DNA of 64,000 bases, from positions 448,001 through 512,000 of the forward strand of contig CAWFGE010000008.1 of the NCBI GenBank assembly GCA_963815195.1. Direction: 5' to 3'. The stretch comes from an uncultured Planctomycetaceae bacterium (GTDB lineage: Bacteria; Planctomycetota; Planctomycetia; Planctomycetales; Planctomycetaceae). Shown here piece by piece: positions 29,996-43,961 of this stretch. The notes beneath the pieces are model-generated. The model saw only the letters and a program-made list of their open reading frames with translations. It was not told where the DNA came from and ran no database searches. Position 1 is the first letter of the stretch. Every line of letters starts with the position of its first letter. Position numbers and translations under genes: made by a program.

Positions 29996-30089
29996 ATCCT
30001 TTCCCCTGCGATCCTGTCGATTCGGAACGTTTCCCTATTTCGAAGATAAGATTCATCCCCCGCGATCCTCGTTGATCTCAAAATATCTG

Positions 30090-30691
30090 ATGACTTCTAA
30101 AATGAAACGGCTCGGGCGGGTTTGTGTGTTTTGCGGGTCCAAAGCCGGGGAGGACCCGGCGTTTCGCGATGCGGCCCTTGAGTTGGGGCGGCGGCTTGTG
30201 GCTTCCGGGCTTGAATTGGTCTTTGGCGGCGGGAGCGTGGGGTTGATGGGCACGGTAGCCGATGCCGTCTTGGACGCGGGCGGGCATGTCATCGGCGTGA
30301 TCCCCGAAATGCTGGCCACCGTGGAGCTCCTGCATCCCCGCGTGCCGGACATGCGGCAGGTCGACAGCATGCACACCCGCAAAGCGACGATGGCCGAACT
30401 CTCCGACGCCTTCATCGCGCTCCCCGGCGGCTTCGGCACGCTGGAAGAGCTGTTCGAGATCATCACCTGGCGCAGCTCGGCATCCATCACAAACCCATCG
30501 GTCTGTTGAACACGGCGGGCTATTACGATCCCCTCGTCCAAATGGTGGAGCACATGATCTCTGCCGGCTTCATCAAGCCCCATAACCGCGACCTGTTCCT
30601 CGTGGAAAGCGAGCCGCAACCGCTCCTCGACCACCTTGCCAAACATGTCATGCCCCAAACGCCGCGGACGCTCCGCCCCGAAGAGACGTAG
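30090..30691 (+). CDS. LOG-family (TIGR00730-type) nucleotide phosphoribohydrolase; frameshift near 30470
   Basis: [43 protein letters not shown]. Confidence 0.9.
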
Positions 30692-30919
30692 AATGGGCAG
30701 CGGTTGCTCTCGGGTGGCACGCCCTGAGTGCAGCGAAGGGCGTGGCGATCGGCACCGCGTGCTCTTGGTTCGTCAGATCCCCCGAAAACCGCAATGGTTG
30801 CAGCGCGGCGGGGGCGGGATTATCCTTGTCCCCGGATCCCTTCTTTTAAGCATCCCTTGCGAGCGCAGCCGCTCCTTTTCGACGTTCCGCCAAGTTTTTG
30901 ACTTTGACTGGAGAGCATC

Positions 30920-32118
30920 ATGGACACCACGAACGGCCCCTTGAATCGTAAACTTCGCATGGCTTTGGTCGGCGGCGGCCAGGGGGCGTTTATCGGACGC
31001 GTGCATGCGACCGCGGCGATTCTGGATAACCGCGCGGAACTCGTCGCCGGGCGCTCTCGTCCGATCCCGAAAAGGCCAAAGCCTCGGCCCCCGCTTACGA
31101 CATCAAACCCGGCCGGGCGTATGGCTCCTATCAGGAACTGATCGAAAAGGAATCGGCACTGCCGGAAGACGAGCGGATCGATTTCATCAGCGTCGCCACG
31201 CCGAACCACACGCATTTCCCGATCGCCAAAGCCGCGCTCGAAGCGGGCTTCAATGTGATCTGCGACAAGCCGATGACCTTCGATCTCGCCCAGGCGGAAG
31301 AACTGCAACGCCTCGTGGAGAAGTCAGGCGCGGTGTTCGCCCTCACGCACAATTACACCGGCTACCCGCTCGTGCGGGCGGCCCGGCAGATGATCCTAGA
31401 CGGCGAACTCGGCGAAATCCAGGCGATCCGCTCGAACTACATCCAAGGCTGGCTGCGGGCCAGATTGGAGCAGGACGACCAGAAACAAGCCGCCTGGCGA
31501 ACCGATCCCGCCAAGTCCGGGGCCGCCGGGGCCTTCGGCGACATCGGCACGCACGCTTACAACCTGTCCCGCTATATCACCGGTTTGATCCCGGCCGAGA
31601 TTTCCTGCAATCTGAAAATCTTCGCCCCGGGGCGGAAGCTCGACGACTACGGCCACGCCGTGATCCGCTTTGAGAACGGCGCCCTGGGCACCGTCACGGC
31701 CAGCCAGATTTCGCACGGGCGGGAGAACGACCTGTTCATCGAGATCGACGGCACCGAAGGGGCGATTTCCTGGCGGCAGGAAGAACCCAACAGCATGCTC
31801 CTCCGCAAGAACGGGAAGCCGCATCAACTCTACTCTCGCGATCCGAACGCCCCGTACCTCAACGAGTCCGGCTCCGCCGCCTGCCGCCTGCCCGCCGGCC
31901 ACCCGGAAGCCTTTTTTGAAGCCTTCGCCAACGTGTACCGCTCGGCATACGATGCCATCGTCAAGCGAACGAGTGGCGAATCGTTTGAAACAAAGGACAC
32001 GATCTATCCCAACGTGTACGACGGCGTCGACGGCATGCACTTCATCCAGCAATGCGTCGCCAGCAGCCACGAGAACGGGGCCTGGCTCACCATGAAGCAC
32101 GCCTCCGCAAGAAGATAG
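30920..32118 (+). CDS. Gfo/Idh/MocA oxidoreductase; frameshift near 31050
   Basis: LVGGGQGAFIGRVH, ATPNHTH, ICDKP, HNYTGYP, GDIGTH. Confidence 0.9.
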
Positions 32119-32246
32119 GGAGATATTGAGATTGGGAGATTGGTTCATCGTCAGCCTTTTCCGAAACACATCCCCCTCTCTTGGAATTCAAACACGGCCC
32201 GCAGCGCGATCCGTCGTCGCTGCGGGCTTTTCTTGTGGGGGCATTG

Positions 32247-32298
32247 GGATTTCGGATTTTGGATTTGTTTCGGATTTCGAGATTCGGATTTCGGATTT
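32247..32298. repeat. 7-nt-period GGATTTC tandem repeat; related copy at 36890-36922
   Basis: GGATTTCGGATTTTGGATTTGTTTCGGATTTCGAGATTCGGATTTCGGATTT. Other 7-mer tracts at 45186-45273 and 63061-63100. Confidence 0.75.
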
Positions 32299-32350
32299 GA
32301 CCCTGTAGAATCCGTGGCGGTGGTTCGGTTCTCGTGAAGGGAGTTTGCCG

Positions 32351-33985
<1,635 letters not shown>

Positions 33986-33991
33986 ACCCAT

Positions 33992-34072
33992 GCCGACCGC
34001 TTGCGGTCGGACCTGGAACATCGTCCCAAGCCGACCGCTTGCGGTCGGACCGACGCCCAAGGCGTCGGCTTG
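33992..34072. repeat. REP-like palindromes CCGACCGCTTGCGGTCGG (two copies) between convergent genes
   Basis: Seen directly in the sequence. Confidence 0.75.
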
Positions 34073-34093
34073 GGTTGAAGATCCTCTCGAAGT

Positions 34094-34891
34094 TTACGGC
34101 GTCCAAATCGCAGGAGCCGTGCGCGGCGTTTCCGTGCGCGGTTTGCGGCGGGCTTTCATGCGGAGGTACGGGGCCACGAAGCGGCCGCGGTGTTTGAAGT
34201 GTCCCACGGGAGCGGTCGCATCGGCGCGGCAGGGTTCGACCAGGTCTTCAATCACAAACCCCGCCCGGCAGAGGCCGCCCACAAGTTGCTCCCAGCGGTG
34301 CAGATATTCCGCCGTGCCCGCTTCGCGGTAGGACGTGTCTTCACAACCAGGCAGCGGCCCTTCATGGTAATACTCACGGCCGATAACGTATTGATTCCGT
34401 TCCGTCCGATGCGTGACTTGCAGGCTCGTCGGGGTTTTGTGCTGGCTGATGTAAAGTCCGCCGTCTTTAAGGACTCTCGCGATTTCCCGATAGACGGCTT
34501 CGACATTGGGAACGTAGCAGGTGCTGACCGGCTGATGCACGAGATCGAACATGGCCTCCTCCAGCATCGACAGATCGTCCATCGAGGTTTCGATCGTGCG
34601 GACGGAAAGCTTCCGGCGGTCGGCTTCGCGGGCATCCAACCTGAGCATGGCCGGGCTGAGATCGACGACCGTCACATTTGCCCCGGCACTGGCATACAGG
34701 ATCGATTGCCAACCCCCGCCCGCCGCCAGGCAGAGCACGTTCCAGCCGCGAACCTCCGCGGGCAGCCAGCCGCGTCCGTCGAGCACCGCGAGCGGCCGGG
34801 CGCATTCTTCGTCGCTGGCGACGCTTGCAAAGTTGCTGCCCTCGGCCAGCCGGTTCCACGCCGCGCGGTTTTTATCACGAAACGCCGACAA
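34094..34891 (-). CDS. Class I SAM-dependent methyltransferase
   Basis: VLCLAAGGG motif I, VVDLSPAML, FDLVHQP, RVLKDGG. TTG start inferred. Confidence 0.88.
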   Translation of the reverse strand: MSAFRDKNRAAWNRLAEGSNFASVASDEECARPLAVLDGRGWLPAEVRGWNVLCLAAGGGWQSILYASAGANVTVVDLSPAMLRLDAREADRRKLSVRTIETSMDDLSMLEEAMFDLVHQPVSTCYVPNVEAVYREIARVLKDGGLYISQHKTPTSLQVTHRTERNQYVIGREYYHEGPLPGCEDTSYREAGTAEYLHRWEQLVGGLCRAGFVIEDLVEPCRADATAPVGHFKHRGRFVAPYLRMKARRKPRTETPRTAPAIWTP

Positions 34892-34895
34892 CGCC

Positions 34896-36074
34896 TCACT
34901 TCCCCGCCTGCGTGGATTCTTGAATGACCGCCGCCGCGTAGCCCACGTAATCGCCCGCCTGTTCGCACGCCGACTGCCAGGCGTCGTACCGCCCCGCCTC
35001 TTGGCACAAGCGGGCATAGGAAAACCCGTTCTGCGAAAGATCGTTCACCTGGCACAGATAAGGCGTCGCGGCATCGACGGCTTCGTCCAACCGCTCCAAT
35101 CGCATCAACAAGTCCACCAGCACAATCGCCAGATAGGGCTTGTCTTGTTCGTCCGGCTCGGCCTCCAGGCGGTCGCGGAAATACTTCAAGTGCTCTTCCA
35201 CGTTCTCGCCCGCGAGCACTTTGAAGAAGTGCACATGGGCCGGATAGAAGTCGTCGAACGGCGGATCGCCGGGGTATTGGAACTGCTTGGAAAGTTTCGA
35301 ACCGTATTCGCAAAGCTGCATCACCTTGGAAAGCTCCGGCGTGTTCCGGTCAAACGCCCGCGCGAACCGCACCACCGAATTGAGATGCGAGACATCGACA
35401 TGATAGTTGTCGTTCTCGAACAGCCAATCCCGCCCGGCGATCAACTCGTGAATCGTTTGTCCCGGCGGCACCATCGCAATCCGCTGCTGGACTTCGTGCT
35501 GCAAGGTTTGGGTCAGGTCTTCATAGAGTTCGTTGACCAACATCGCCGCCGCCCGCTTTTGGTCTTCGGAAGAGAGCAACTGCTGTTGGAGAGCCTGATC
35601 GAACGTGGTGATGGTGTTACAAATCCCATAGGTCCGCAGCATCAACTCGAGCCCCTTGACGGGATGTGCCCCTTCGTGAAGGGCGATGGCGATGTATTGC
35701 TCGGTTTCCTCGTCCGCCTGGCGATTCGTGCTGAGGTTTTCGAGCGATTCGCGGACCTTGTCGCCTTCGCCGATGGTGCGAAGATAAGGCCAGGCCCGCG
35801 GGATATTGCCGTCGGCCAGAAACAAATCGCCCACCTCGCGGGCCGTTTCGATGTAGTGGTCTTCAAACTCTTTCCGCTTGTCGTCGGGCACATCCAGGGA
35901 AGTCGGCTGAGCCAAGGGCAGGCCCATTTCGTAGCGGTGCTTGAGGAGCGCCGCTTCAAACAGGCGGTCGTAGTTTTTCTCTTCGCGGAGCGTTTCGATC
36001 AATTGATGAATCGCCGACTCGGTGCCGGAGGTCTCCTGGATGTGCTTTAACTGCTCGAACAGGGATTCGCTCAT
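34896..36074 (-). CDS. Conserved hypothetical alpha-helical protein
   Basis: Long ORF with host-like codon use, in operon with its neighbours. Confidence 0.75.
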   Translation of the reverse strand: MSESLFEQLKHIQETSGTESAIHQLIETLREEKNYDRLFEAALLKHRYEMGLPLAQPTSLDVPDDKRKEFEDHYIETAREVGDLFLADGNIPRAWPYLRTIGEGDKVRESLENLSTNRQADEETEQYIAIALHEGAHPVKGLELMLRTYGICNTITTFDQALQQQLLSSEDQKRAAAMLVNELYEDLTQTLQHEVQQRIAMVPPGQTIHELIAGRDWLFENDNYHVDVSHLNSVVRFARAFDRNTPELSKVMQLCEYGSKLSKQFQYPGDPPFDDFYPAHVHFFKVLAGENVEEHLKYFRDRLEAEPDEQDKPYLAIVLVDLLMRLERLDEAVDAATPYLCQVNDLSQNGFSYARLCQEAGRYDAWQSACEQAGDYVGYAAAVIQESTQAGK

Positions 36075-36126
36075 GGGGATGACTGTCGGTCTGGGATACT
36101 GGAGGAATGATTCTTGAATTTCAAAG

Positions 36127-36666
36127 TCAATGGCAACCGCAGCCGCCGGTGCCGCAACCCCCGCCCGTGGATTCGAGTTGGACCAGTCCTTCCGCATTCA
36201 CGGGTTGGACTTCGATGATCCCGAGCCCCGCAGCGGCGGCTTGGAGGGCGAGCTTGGTGCAATCGGGGCCGCGCTCGTTCAATACATAAAGCACGAGTTT
36301 TTTGCGGTCGAGCATCCATTCCAGATCGACCAGTTCCAGGTTCAAAGTCCACTCGGCGATCCGCCGGCACCAGGCTTCAAACTGGCCTTCGCAATCCGCG
36401 CGGGCGGTGATGTATTGATCGAGGTCTTCGTCCGTCCCGGCCCTCAGGAGATGCGACGCATCTTCCCCGGCTTCTGTCGCCGGCATGCGCTCGAACCGCT
36501 CATCGACATCCTGGAGCAGCGTGCCCAACTCCACCCCGCGATGCGTCCGCACCACGACCGCGGCGTCTCGTCGCAAAGTTTCCGCGCAGGCGACCCGAAA
36601 CTTCGCCACCTCGGGGATCGCGCCGTAGCGGACCAAAACGGTTTCATGCACAACGAGTGGATTCAT
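36127..36666 (-). CDS. PSP1 C-terminal (RicT/YaaT-like) domain protein
   Basis: VVVRTHRGVELG, LELVDLEWMLD..KLVLY, C-terminal GGGCGTGGCGCH. Confidence 0.75.
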   Translation of the reverse strand: MNPLVVHETVLVRYGAIPEVAKFRVACAETLRRDAAVVVRTHRGVELGTLLQDVDERFERMPATEAGEDASHLLRAGTDEDLDQYITARADCEGQFEAWCRRIAEWTLNLELVDLEWMLDRKKLVLYVLNERGPDCTKLALQAAAAGLGIIEVQPVNAEGLVQLESTGGGCGTGGCGCH

Positions 36667-36944
36667 AATCTGTGGGTCAATCGAAGGAACCAAAAACCTG
36701 TGCGGGACATTTCATCATAACAACCAACCGCCCGCACCCAAAACGAGTACGCAAAATCGCACGATACGGTGAATTGGGTGGCTGGTCCCTGTGCGCAGCG
36801 ATCGCAAAAACCATGTCCCGCACTGGGCCTCTCGAAAACGGCAGAGTTGCACTTCAGCGGGTTTTTGTCATTCTGGTTTTTTGAGAATTGGGAGTTGTTT
36901 CGGATTTCGAGATTCGGATTTCCTTTAGCACCGAGGAGCCATCG

Positions 36945-37778
36945 ATGACACAAGCCGGCCGGTTGAGCGATCAAGTTGTGTGGATTACGGGGTCCTCCCG
37001 CGGATTGGGGCGGGTGATGGCGGAGGAACTCTGCCGGCGCGGGGCCAAGGTCGCGGTCCACGGCACCCGGGCCGACAGCCCCAAGACTTTCGACGAAGGC
37101 GGCACGATGCAGGAACTCGCCGATGAGCTGGCCGCGGAATTCTCCACCGAAACGATGGCGGTCTGGGGCGATGTGACGAAGGAGTCGGAAGTCCAAAGCA
37201 TCGCCCAGGAAATCCGCGCAAAGTGGGGGCGGATCGATCTTCTCGTCTGCTGCGCGGGCGGGGACATTGGAGCGGCCGGCACCGGCGTGGGACGCGGCGG
37301 CCGGCCCGACGACGATGACTGCCTGAATATCGCGATTTCCGATCTGCAAAGCGTGATGGACCGCAATCTCTTGAGCGTGATTCTCTGCTGCCGGGAGGTC
37401 GTCCCGGAGATGCAGGCCCGCAAGCGGGGGCGGATTGTGACCATCGGCAGCATCGCCGGCTGCGTGGGCCGGGCCGAGGGTTCGATTTACGCCGTCGCCA
37501 AAGCCGCGGTCCACGAATACACCCGCTGCCTCGCCGCCCAGCTTCGGCCGGACAACATCGCCGTCAACTGCGTGGCCCCCGGCGGCACGGTGACCGAACG
37601 CTTCCTCCGCATCCACGAAATCGACGAGAGCCGCCTCGTCACCGCAGGCACCCTCGACCGCTACGGCCGGCCGCACGAAGTCGCCACGGTCGTGGGTTTT
37701 CTCTGCTCCGAAGACTCCGCCTTCATCAGCGGCCAGGTGATTCGCGTGGACGGCGGCGGGCAGACGTTTCCGTGCTGA
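36945..37778 (+). CDS. SDR-family oxidoreductase
   Basis: TGSSRGLG, YAVAK, VNCVAPG, ISGQVIRVDGG. Confidence 0.92.
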   Translation: MTQAGRLSDQVVWITGSSRGLGRVMAEELCRRGAKVAVHGTRADSPKTFDEGGTMQELADELAAEFSTETMAVWGDVTKESEVQSIAQEIRAKWGRIDLLVCCAGGDIGAAGTGVGRGGRPDDDDCLNIAISDLQSVMDRNLLSVILCCREVVPEMQARKRGRIVTIGSIAGCVGRAEGSIYAVAKAAVHEYTRCLAAQLRPDNIAVNCVAPGGTVTERFLRIHEIDESRLVTAGTLDRYGRPHEVATVVGFLCSEDSAFISGQVIRVDGGGQTFPC

Positions 37779-37999
37779 ACGCGAGTTCTGCCAGCGCCCC
37801 GAATCGGGCGGGCAATTCCTTCGGTTGTCAGTGGTTCGCCTTTGTGACTTCGTGGTTATTTAACGAAAAGATGGGACAAATTGCCGGTCTCCGATGGATG
37901 CCCGGGCCGGCAGTTGGTAAAAAATGGCTGTCAGGACCCTCTCCCCCCGCGCTCGGATTGCGTCCCGCCTGGACCGAATCGGAAAACAAGCCAACTTAA

Positions 38000-39283
<1,284 letters not shown>

Positions 39284-39326
39284 GGTTCGAGCCGGGGGTT
39301 TGGGCCGGTCGATAGTGAAAGAAGGA

Positions 39327-39460
39327 AAGGCGAGCGGCCGGCGTCAGCCGGCTGATCACTCACGAACGCTCGTTTGGTTCTTGTTTTCCAGATCTCACAC
39401 GTTGGGGAGATGGATTTGCCCTTCCGTGAGATCAGGGGGCTGACGCCCCACGCTCGCCTT
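39327..39460. repeat. REP/MITE-like inverted repeat pair; related arm at about 27451-27478
   Basis: AAGGCGAGCGGCCGGCGTCAGCCGGCTGAT ... ATCAGGGGGCTGACGCCCCACGCTCGCCTT. Confidence 0.75.
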
Positions 39461-39501
39461 GTTCAGGGGGCTGACGCAGGGACCGACCCCGGGACGAATC
39501 A

Positions 39502-40149
39502 TTGACCAAGGACACCGCCGCCGCCGAGAATTTTGAATCGCCGGATTCCTCCGCTGGCGAAAGGCGGGAGGGATCTTGGGTGGTGGCGCTGTTGTTTTGG
39601 GGAACGATGCTGTCGGCGGGGATGTTGTATGCCCTGGTGGCGCTCTCGCCGAAGCTCGTGTTTTATCTCAAATTGCGGGACGATCGCTATCAGACTCAGG
39701 TCAAGCTGGTGACCTTGGAGCACCGGGTGCTGTATCTGAAAAAAGTGATGCACGCCCTGGAGAACGATCCCGAATTCGCCGCCGAGCACGCCCGCGTCGA
39801 CTTGGACGCCCAGCGGCCCGGCGACGAGACGATTCCTGTCGACGAGAGCCTCCACTACATCCCGGATGGGGAATTCGATCCGTCGGCGTTCAAGAAGAGC
39901 ATTCTGCCGTGGTACACGGATCTGCTGGAAGTGTTCGCCGCCGATCATAAAAAACGGCGGGCCTTGTTGATCGCGGCCGTATTGATGTCGCTGTTTGCGT
40001 TCACGTTCTTTCAAGAATCGCAAACCTCCCAGATCCTGGCGTTCGCCCGCGGCTGCAAAAACGGCTGGCTCCGCGCCACCGCCCGCTACCGGGCGCCGGG
40101 CGAGGCGGCGCCTGACGAAACCCCGGTGCCAAAGGATTCGTCGAGCTGA
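39502..40149 (+). CDS. FtsB/DivIC-like membrane protein with extra C-terminal TM helix
   Basis: TM helix, coiled coil, then ALENDPEFAAEHARVDL....PGDE; lies directly downstream of eno. Confidence 0.6.
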   Translation: MTKDTAAAENFESPDSSAGERREGSWVVALLFWGTMLSAGMLYALVALSPKLVFYLKLRDDRYQTQVKLVTLEHRVLYLKKVMHALENDPEFAAEHARVDLDAQRPGDETIPVDESLHYIPDGEFDPSAFKKSILPWYTDLLEVFAADHKKRRALLIAAVLMSLFAFTFFQESQTSQILAFARGCKNGWLRATARYRAPGEAAPDETPVPKDSSS

Positions 40150-40263
40150 ATTACGCGAACTTGCCGGAACGTCCGCCGCGATCCGTCCGGCTTTGAACCG
40201 CCCCCGCTCCCGATGCGAACCGCGCGCGTGCGACCGACTGTCCGGCTATGCGCCAATTCTGCC

Positions 40264-40321
40264 CGCATTTTGGACAAACTTGTCAAAATGCGTTTGACAT
40301 CTGCAAACGGGATGATACCTT
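40264..40321 (+). promoter_or_regulatory. Palindromic operator abutting a sigma70-like promoter
   Basis: CGCATTTT(G)GACAA-AC-TTGTCAAAATGCG, then TTGACA-16 nt-TACCTT with TGn extension. Confidence 0.5.
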
Positions 40322-40478
40322 GGTGTCAAGCTGGGAAGAATGGATAGTCTTTGCCGAAAAAGTAGACTTTTGAAACGCGCTGATTTGGCGGGTTCATTTC
40401 CGGCCTTCAAAGCGCGATGTGTGGGTGTTGCGAGTATTCGCAGTATGGTCAATGTTTTACTTTCTGGGAGGTAGAATC

Positions 40479-40993
40479 ATGAATCGAAAGTTTTTGGGAC
40501 TGTTGGCGTTGGGGATGTTGGCGGTTGGGGTGTCGATGGTGGCGGGCACCGAAGCGGAAGGCGGATTGTGCGATTGGTTGTTTGGCCGAAGCCATTGCGC
40601 GTGCGCTCCGGTCTGCCAACCCTACTGTGGTTCGATGTGCGACTTTGACGATGACGACTGGGAAAACATGCGGCGAGCCTGCCATCCGGTGTGTCTCCGG
40701 TGTGCCATCCCGTGTGTCACCCGGTTTACTACTCCGCTTGTCATCCGATGTGCCAACCCATGTGTCAACCGGTGTATCGTCCGATGTGTGCTCCGGTGTG
40801 CCATCCCGTCGTGAACTGCTGCACGCCGGCTCCGACGTGCTGCGCGCCGGCCCCGACCTGCTGCAGCCCCGTTCCTTCGATGGCTCCGTCCGCTACCCCG
40901 GCTGCCGCTCCCCCGGCTGCCAGCGAAGCCGAAGCCACCCCAGCCAAAGCCGGCGACACCGAAGCTCCCAAAACGACCGAAGAGAAAAAGTAA
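40479..40993 (+). CDS. Secreted Cys/Pro-rich repeat protein; frameshift near 40695
   Basis: Signal peptide, C[HQA]P[VM] tetrapeptide repeats, CCxPAPT repeats, Ala/Pro/Glu-rich tail. Confidence 0.75.
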
Positions 40994-41036
40994 TTAACGC
41001 TTGGGCTCGTTCACTCTGCGGCTCAACATTGAAAAT

Positions 41037-41078
41037 CAGCCGAGCTTCTTACTTAAGAAGCCCGGCTGTTTTCCTTTT
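41037..41078 (+). terminator. Intrinsic terminator
   Basis: CAGCCGAGCTTCTT..AAGAAGCCCGGCTG followed by TTTTCCTTTT. Confidence 0.7.
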
Positions 41079-41099
41079 CCGACGGCAGGAAGGATTCGG

Positions 41100-42085
41100 T
41101 CAGTTTTGCGAGGATTGCAACGAGGCGGCGAAACTGTGGTCGACTTGATGGCGGTCGATGGCCATCCGTGCCGTCAACCCATCTTTGAGGACCCCGCCCT
41201 GGTTGCTGACCTCGGCCCAGACTTTCACCGAATGCGTCACCGGTTCGACTTTGACGTCGATGTAGGCGATCCGGCCGGGAAACGTCAGGCGTTCGCTGGG
41301 CAGGTCCGCATCGGGGATGTCCAACTGCACGCGCACCACGGAGCCGGCCTGAATGCTGTCCAAATCCCGCAGATGCACTAAGCCCTCGACCTTGACGCGG
41401 CTGGTGTTGACCAGTTCCAGAATCGGCTCGCCCTCGGCGACGGCTTCCCCCCGTTTTTTGAAGACCGTGCGGACCTGGGCGTCCATCGGGGCGAGGATTC
41501 GGTGAAGCCGGAGCTGCTCGAGCGTCTCGTTCCGCTTGAGCTTTTCAATTTCCAAAGCCGTTTCAGCCTGCTCCAATTGCAAAAGCGCTTTCTCGGCGGC
41601 GAGGCGATGCGCGCGGAGCAGAGATCCGACACCGTGCCCGGCACCACGCTGTTCGCCTGGAGGTCCCGCTCGTATTCGACCTGCGCGAGTTCGCTGGCTT
41701 TTTTGGCGTAGCGGATTTCCACATCGTTTGCCGCCTGCTTTTCGGCGACGGCGAGCGTGGCCTTCACAACGTCGTCCCGCGTGTGGGCGAGCACCTCGCC
41801 TTCTTTGACCAACTGCCCTTCCGCGGCCACCATGTCCAAAACACCCGCTTTTTCCGCCGCGACTTGCATATCGTGGAAAAGTTTGATCTGGCAACCGCCC
41901 AGAATCACGTGCCCGACGCTCCCAGGGGAAGACGGCGGACGGACAGCCGGGTTCTGGGGCGGATTGTTCGCGGGAGGAGTTCCGCCTCCGCTTGCGGTCC
42001 GGGGCGATTCCGCCCGAATGACCGGATCAAATACCAACACGCCGCCCAAAACAGCCAGCGCCAGCACCGCGAAAGCTCGATTCAT
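41100..42085 (-). CDS. Membrane fusion protein (HlyD/RND periplasmic adaptor); frameshifted around 41600-41630
   Basis: EGQLVKEGEVLA, ILAPMDAQV....GEAVAEGEPILELV, GRIAYID..V, LKDGLTARM. Confidence 0.8.
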
Positions 42086-42193
42086 CGGCTTGTCTCCTAT
42101 GATTTCTTGTTCGTTGAAATGGGTGATCTGGGCACTTGTCCGCGACAGGGGCAGCATTTACGATGGAGAGGTTGAAATTGAATGTCGCATTCA

Positions 42194-42312
42194 TCAGCCG
42201 GCGCTAGCCCCGGTTCACTGGGACAACCGGACGCCAGCACAATGCGGCTGGTATTTGGTAAGTCGGATTGATTAGCCGCCGGGCGCTAGCCCCGGTTCAT
42301 TGGGACGACCGA
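42194..42312. repeat. Two copies of GCGCTAGCCCCGGTTCA.TGGGAC REP-like unit
   Basis: Direct repeats seen in the intergenic sequence. Confidence 0.65.
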
Positions 42313-42332
42313 AAACTAACTCCGAGGCAAAA

Positions 42333-42776
42333 ATGGCTTTGTCAAAAAGAATCCTGCTGATTGAGGACGATCGGGACATCTCCTCGACATTGCGGGGGGT
42401 GTTGGAGGCCGCGGGTCACAACGTGATCACGACTCCGAACGGTGTGGAAGGACAGAAACTGATCCAGGCCGAAAAGCCGGACCTGGTGATTACCGACATG
42501 ATGATGCCCCGCATGGGCGGGTTCCCTGTGTTGGAGTTTCTTCGCACGTTGGACGATCCGCCCAAGGTGATCATGATCACCGCGAACGAAGGCGGCCGGC
42601 ACAAAGCCTACGCCGAAATGCTGGGCGTGCACGAGTACCTCCGCAAGCCGTTTGCGATGGATGTCATGCTCGAAGCCGTCGAACGGATTTTTTCCGGCAC
42701 CGGCGACGAGAGCACCGGCGACAAAGACGAAAAGCCGTCCTCCCGCATGAAACGGGCTTCCAAAAAACGGTCCTGA
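42333..42776 (+). CDS. Single-domain response regulator
   Basis: [28 protein letters not shown]. Confidence 0.92.
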   Translation: MALSKRILLIEDDRDISSTLRGVLEAAGHNVITTPNGVEGQKLIQAEKPDLVITDMMMPRMGGFPVLEFLRTLDDPPKVIMITANEGGRHKAYAEMLGVHEYLRKPFAMDVMLEAVERIFSGTGDESTGDKDEKPSSRMKRASKKRS

Positions 42777-42782
42777 CCGGCG

Positions 42783-43076
42783 TCACTCAAATCCCAGATT
42801 GTGTTCGATGCTGCGGGCCTTTTCGGACATTATGTATTTCCTCCACCATTGATCGGGATCCTTTACGACGTGCTGGTCGGCGCGGCCTTCTTCGGCCATG
42901 TCCGTAATCCAAGCCTCGTCCTCTTCTTCGGTTGGATCGGTGTAGTCCGTTCCGTCGCCGCGAAAAATATCTTTGGCATAACGAACGACCGGCCGCATGG
43001 GTTCGGTGAGAACGCAGCCCGTCAGACCAAACACAACTCCTACACTGAGGGATAAGAAGATTCCACCGCGACGCAT
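42783..43076 (-). CDS. Small lipoprotein
   Basis: MRR + hydrophobic stretch + LTGC lipobox; C-terminal SEKARSIEHNLG. Confidence 0.7.
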   Translation of the reverse strand: MRRGGIFLSLSVGVVFGLTGCVLTEPMRPVVRYAKDIFRGDGTDYTDPTEEEDEAWITDMAEEGRADQHVVKDPDQWWRKYIMSEKARSIEHNLGFE

Positions 43077-43255
43077 AATCACGCTCCCCCGCCTCGCCGC
43101 CGGAAGGCGGGATGCGGCTGATGTCTCGAGTTGGCTAAAGGAGGCGGTGAGAGAGAGGGGCGGGCAATGTGGCAAAAATCGCCCGTGGCGTCCAGAGCAG
43201 TTTTTTCGTGACGGTTTTCCCATTACATGTTGAACTTACGGAAACCGAGGGCCGC

Positions 43256-43961
43256 ATGAGCGAAGAAACACTCGACGTTCTCGTGGTCGCTCCGCACCCC
43301 GACGATGCGGAAATCAGCGTGGGCGGGACGATCGCGGCCAGCCGGCGGCAGGGGCTCTCGGTCGGGGTTTTGGATTCTCACCAATGGAGAACCGACCCCC
43401 CACGGAAGCGTGGAAATCCGCGCACGCGAAACCGCGGCCGCCACCGAGGTTTTGAATCTCAACTGGCGGCAGAACCTGGGCCTCCCCAACCGCAGCCTGG
43501 AAGACACCCTCGAAGCCCGCCGGAAGTTGGCGGGCGTGTTTCGCGTCACCCGGCCGCGGATTGTGCTGGCCCCGTATTGGGAGGATGCCCACCCCGATCA
43601 CGTCGCCGCCAGCCGGCTCGCGGACGATGCCCGCTTCTGGGCGAAGCTCAGCCGCAGCGACCTGCCCGGCGAACCGTTTTGGCCGCCTGCGATTTATTAT
43701 TACTGGAGCATTCATCTGCGGATTCATCCCCGGCCCGCGTTTGTGCTCGACATCAGCGAGACGCTCGAAGCCAAAATGCAGGCCATCCGCTGTTACGAAA
43801 GCCAATTGCTCGTCGGCCGCCCCACGGACCATCCGACCGTGCTCGACGACATCCGCGACCGGGCCCGGTATTGGGGCTGGAGCATCGGCACCGCGTATGG
43901 CGAGCCCTTCGCCAGCCGGGAGGAACTGGGCGTCGGCAGTTTGAAGGCGCTTTGGTCATGA
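43256..43961 (+). CDS. PIG-L/BshB1-like N-acetyl-glucosaminyl deacetylase; frameshift near 43375
   Basis: [36 protein letters not shown]. Confidence 0.85.

Noticed and set aside
30090..30691. LOG/SLOG gene as part of the conflict locus
   Set aside because: It is a canonical PGGxGTxEE housekeeping LOG protein, separated from the locus by GNAT and transketolase genes.
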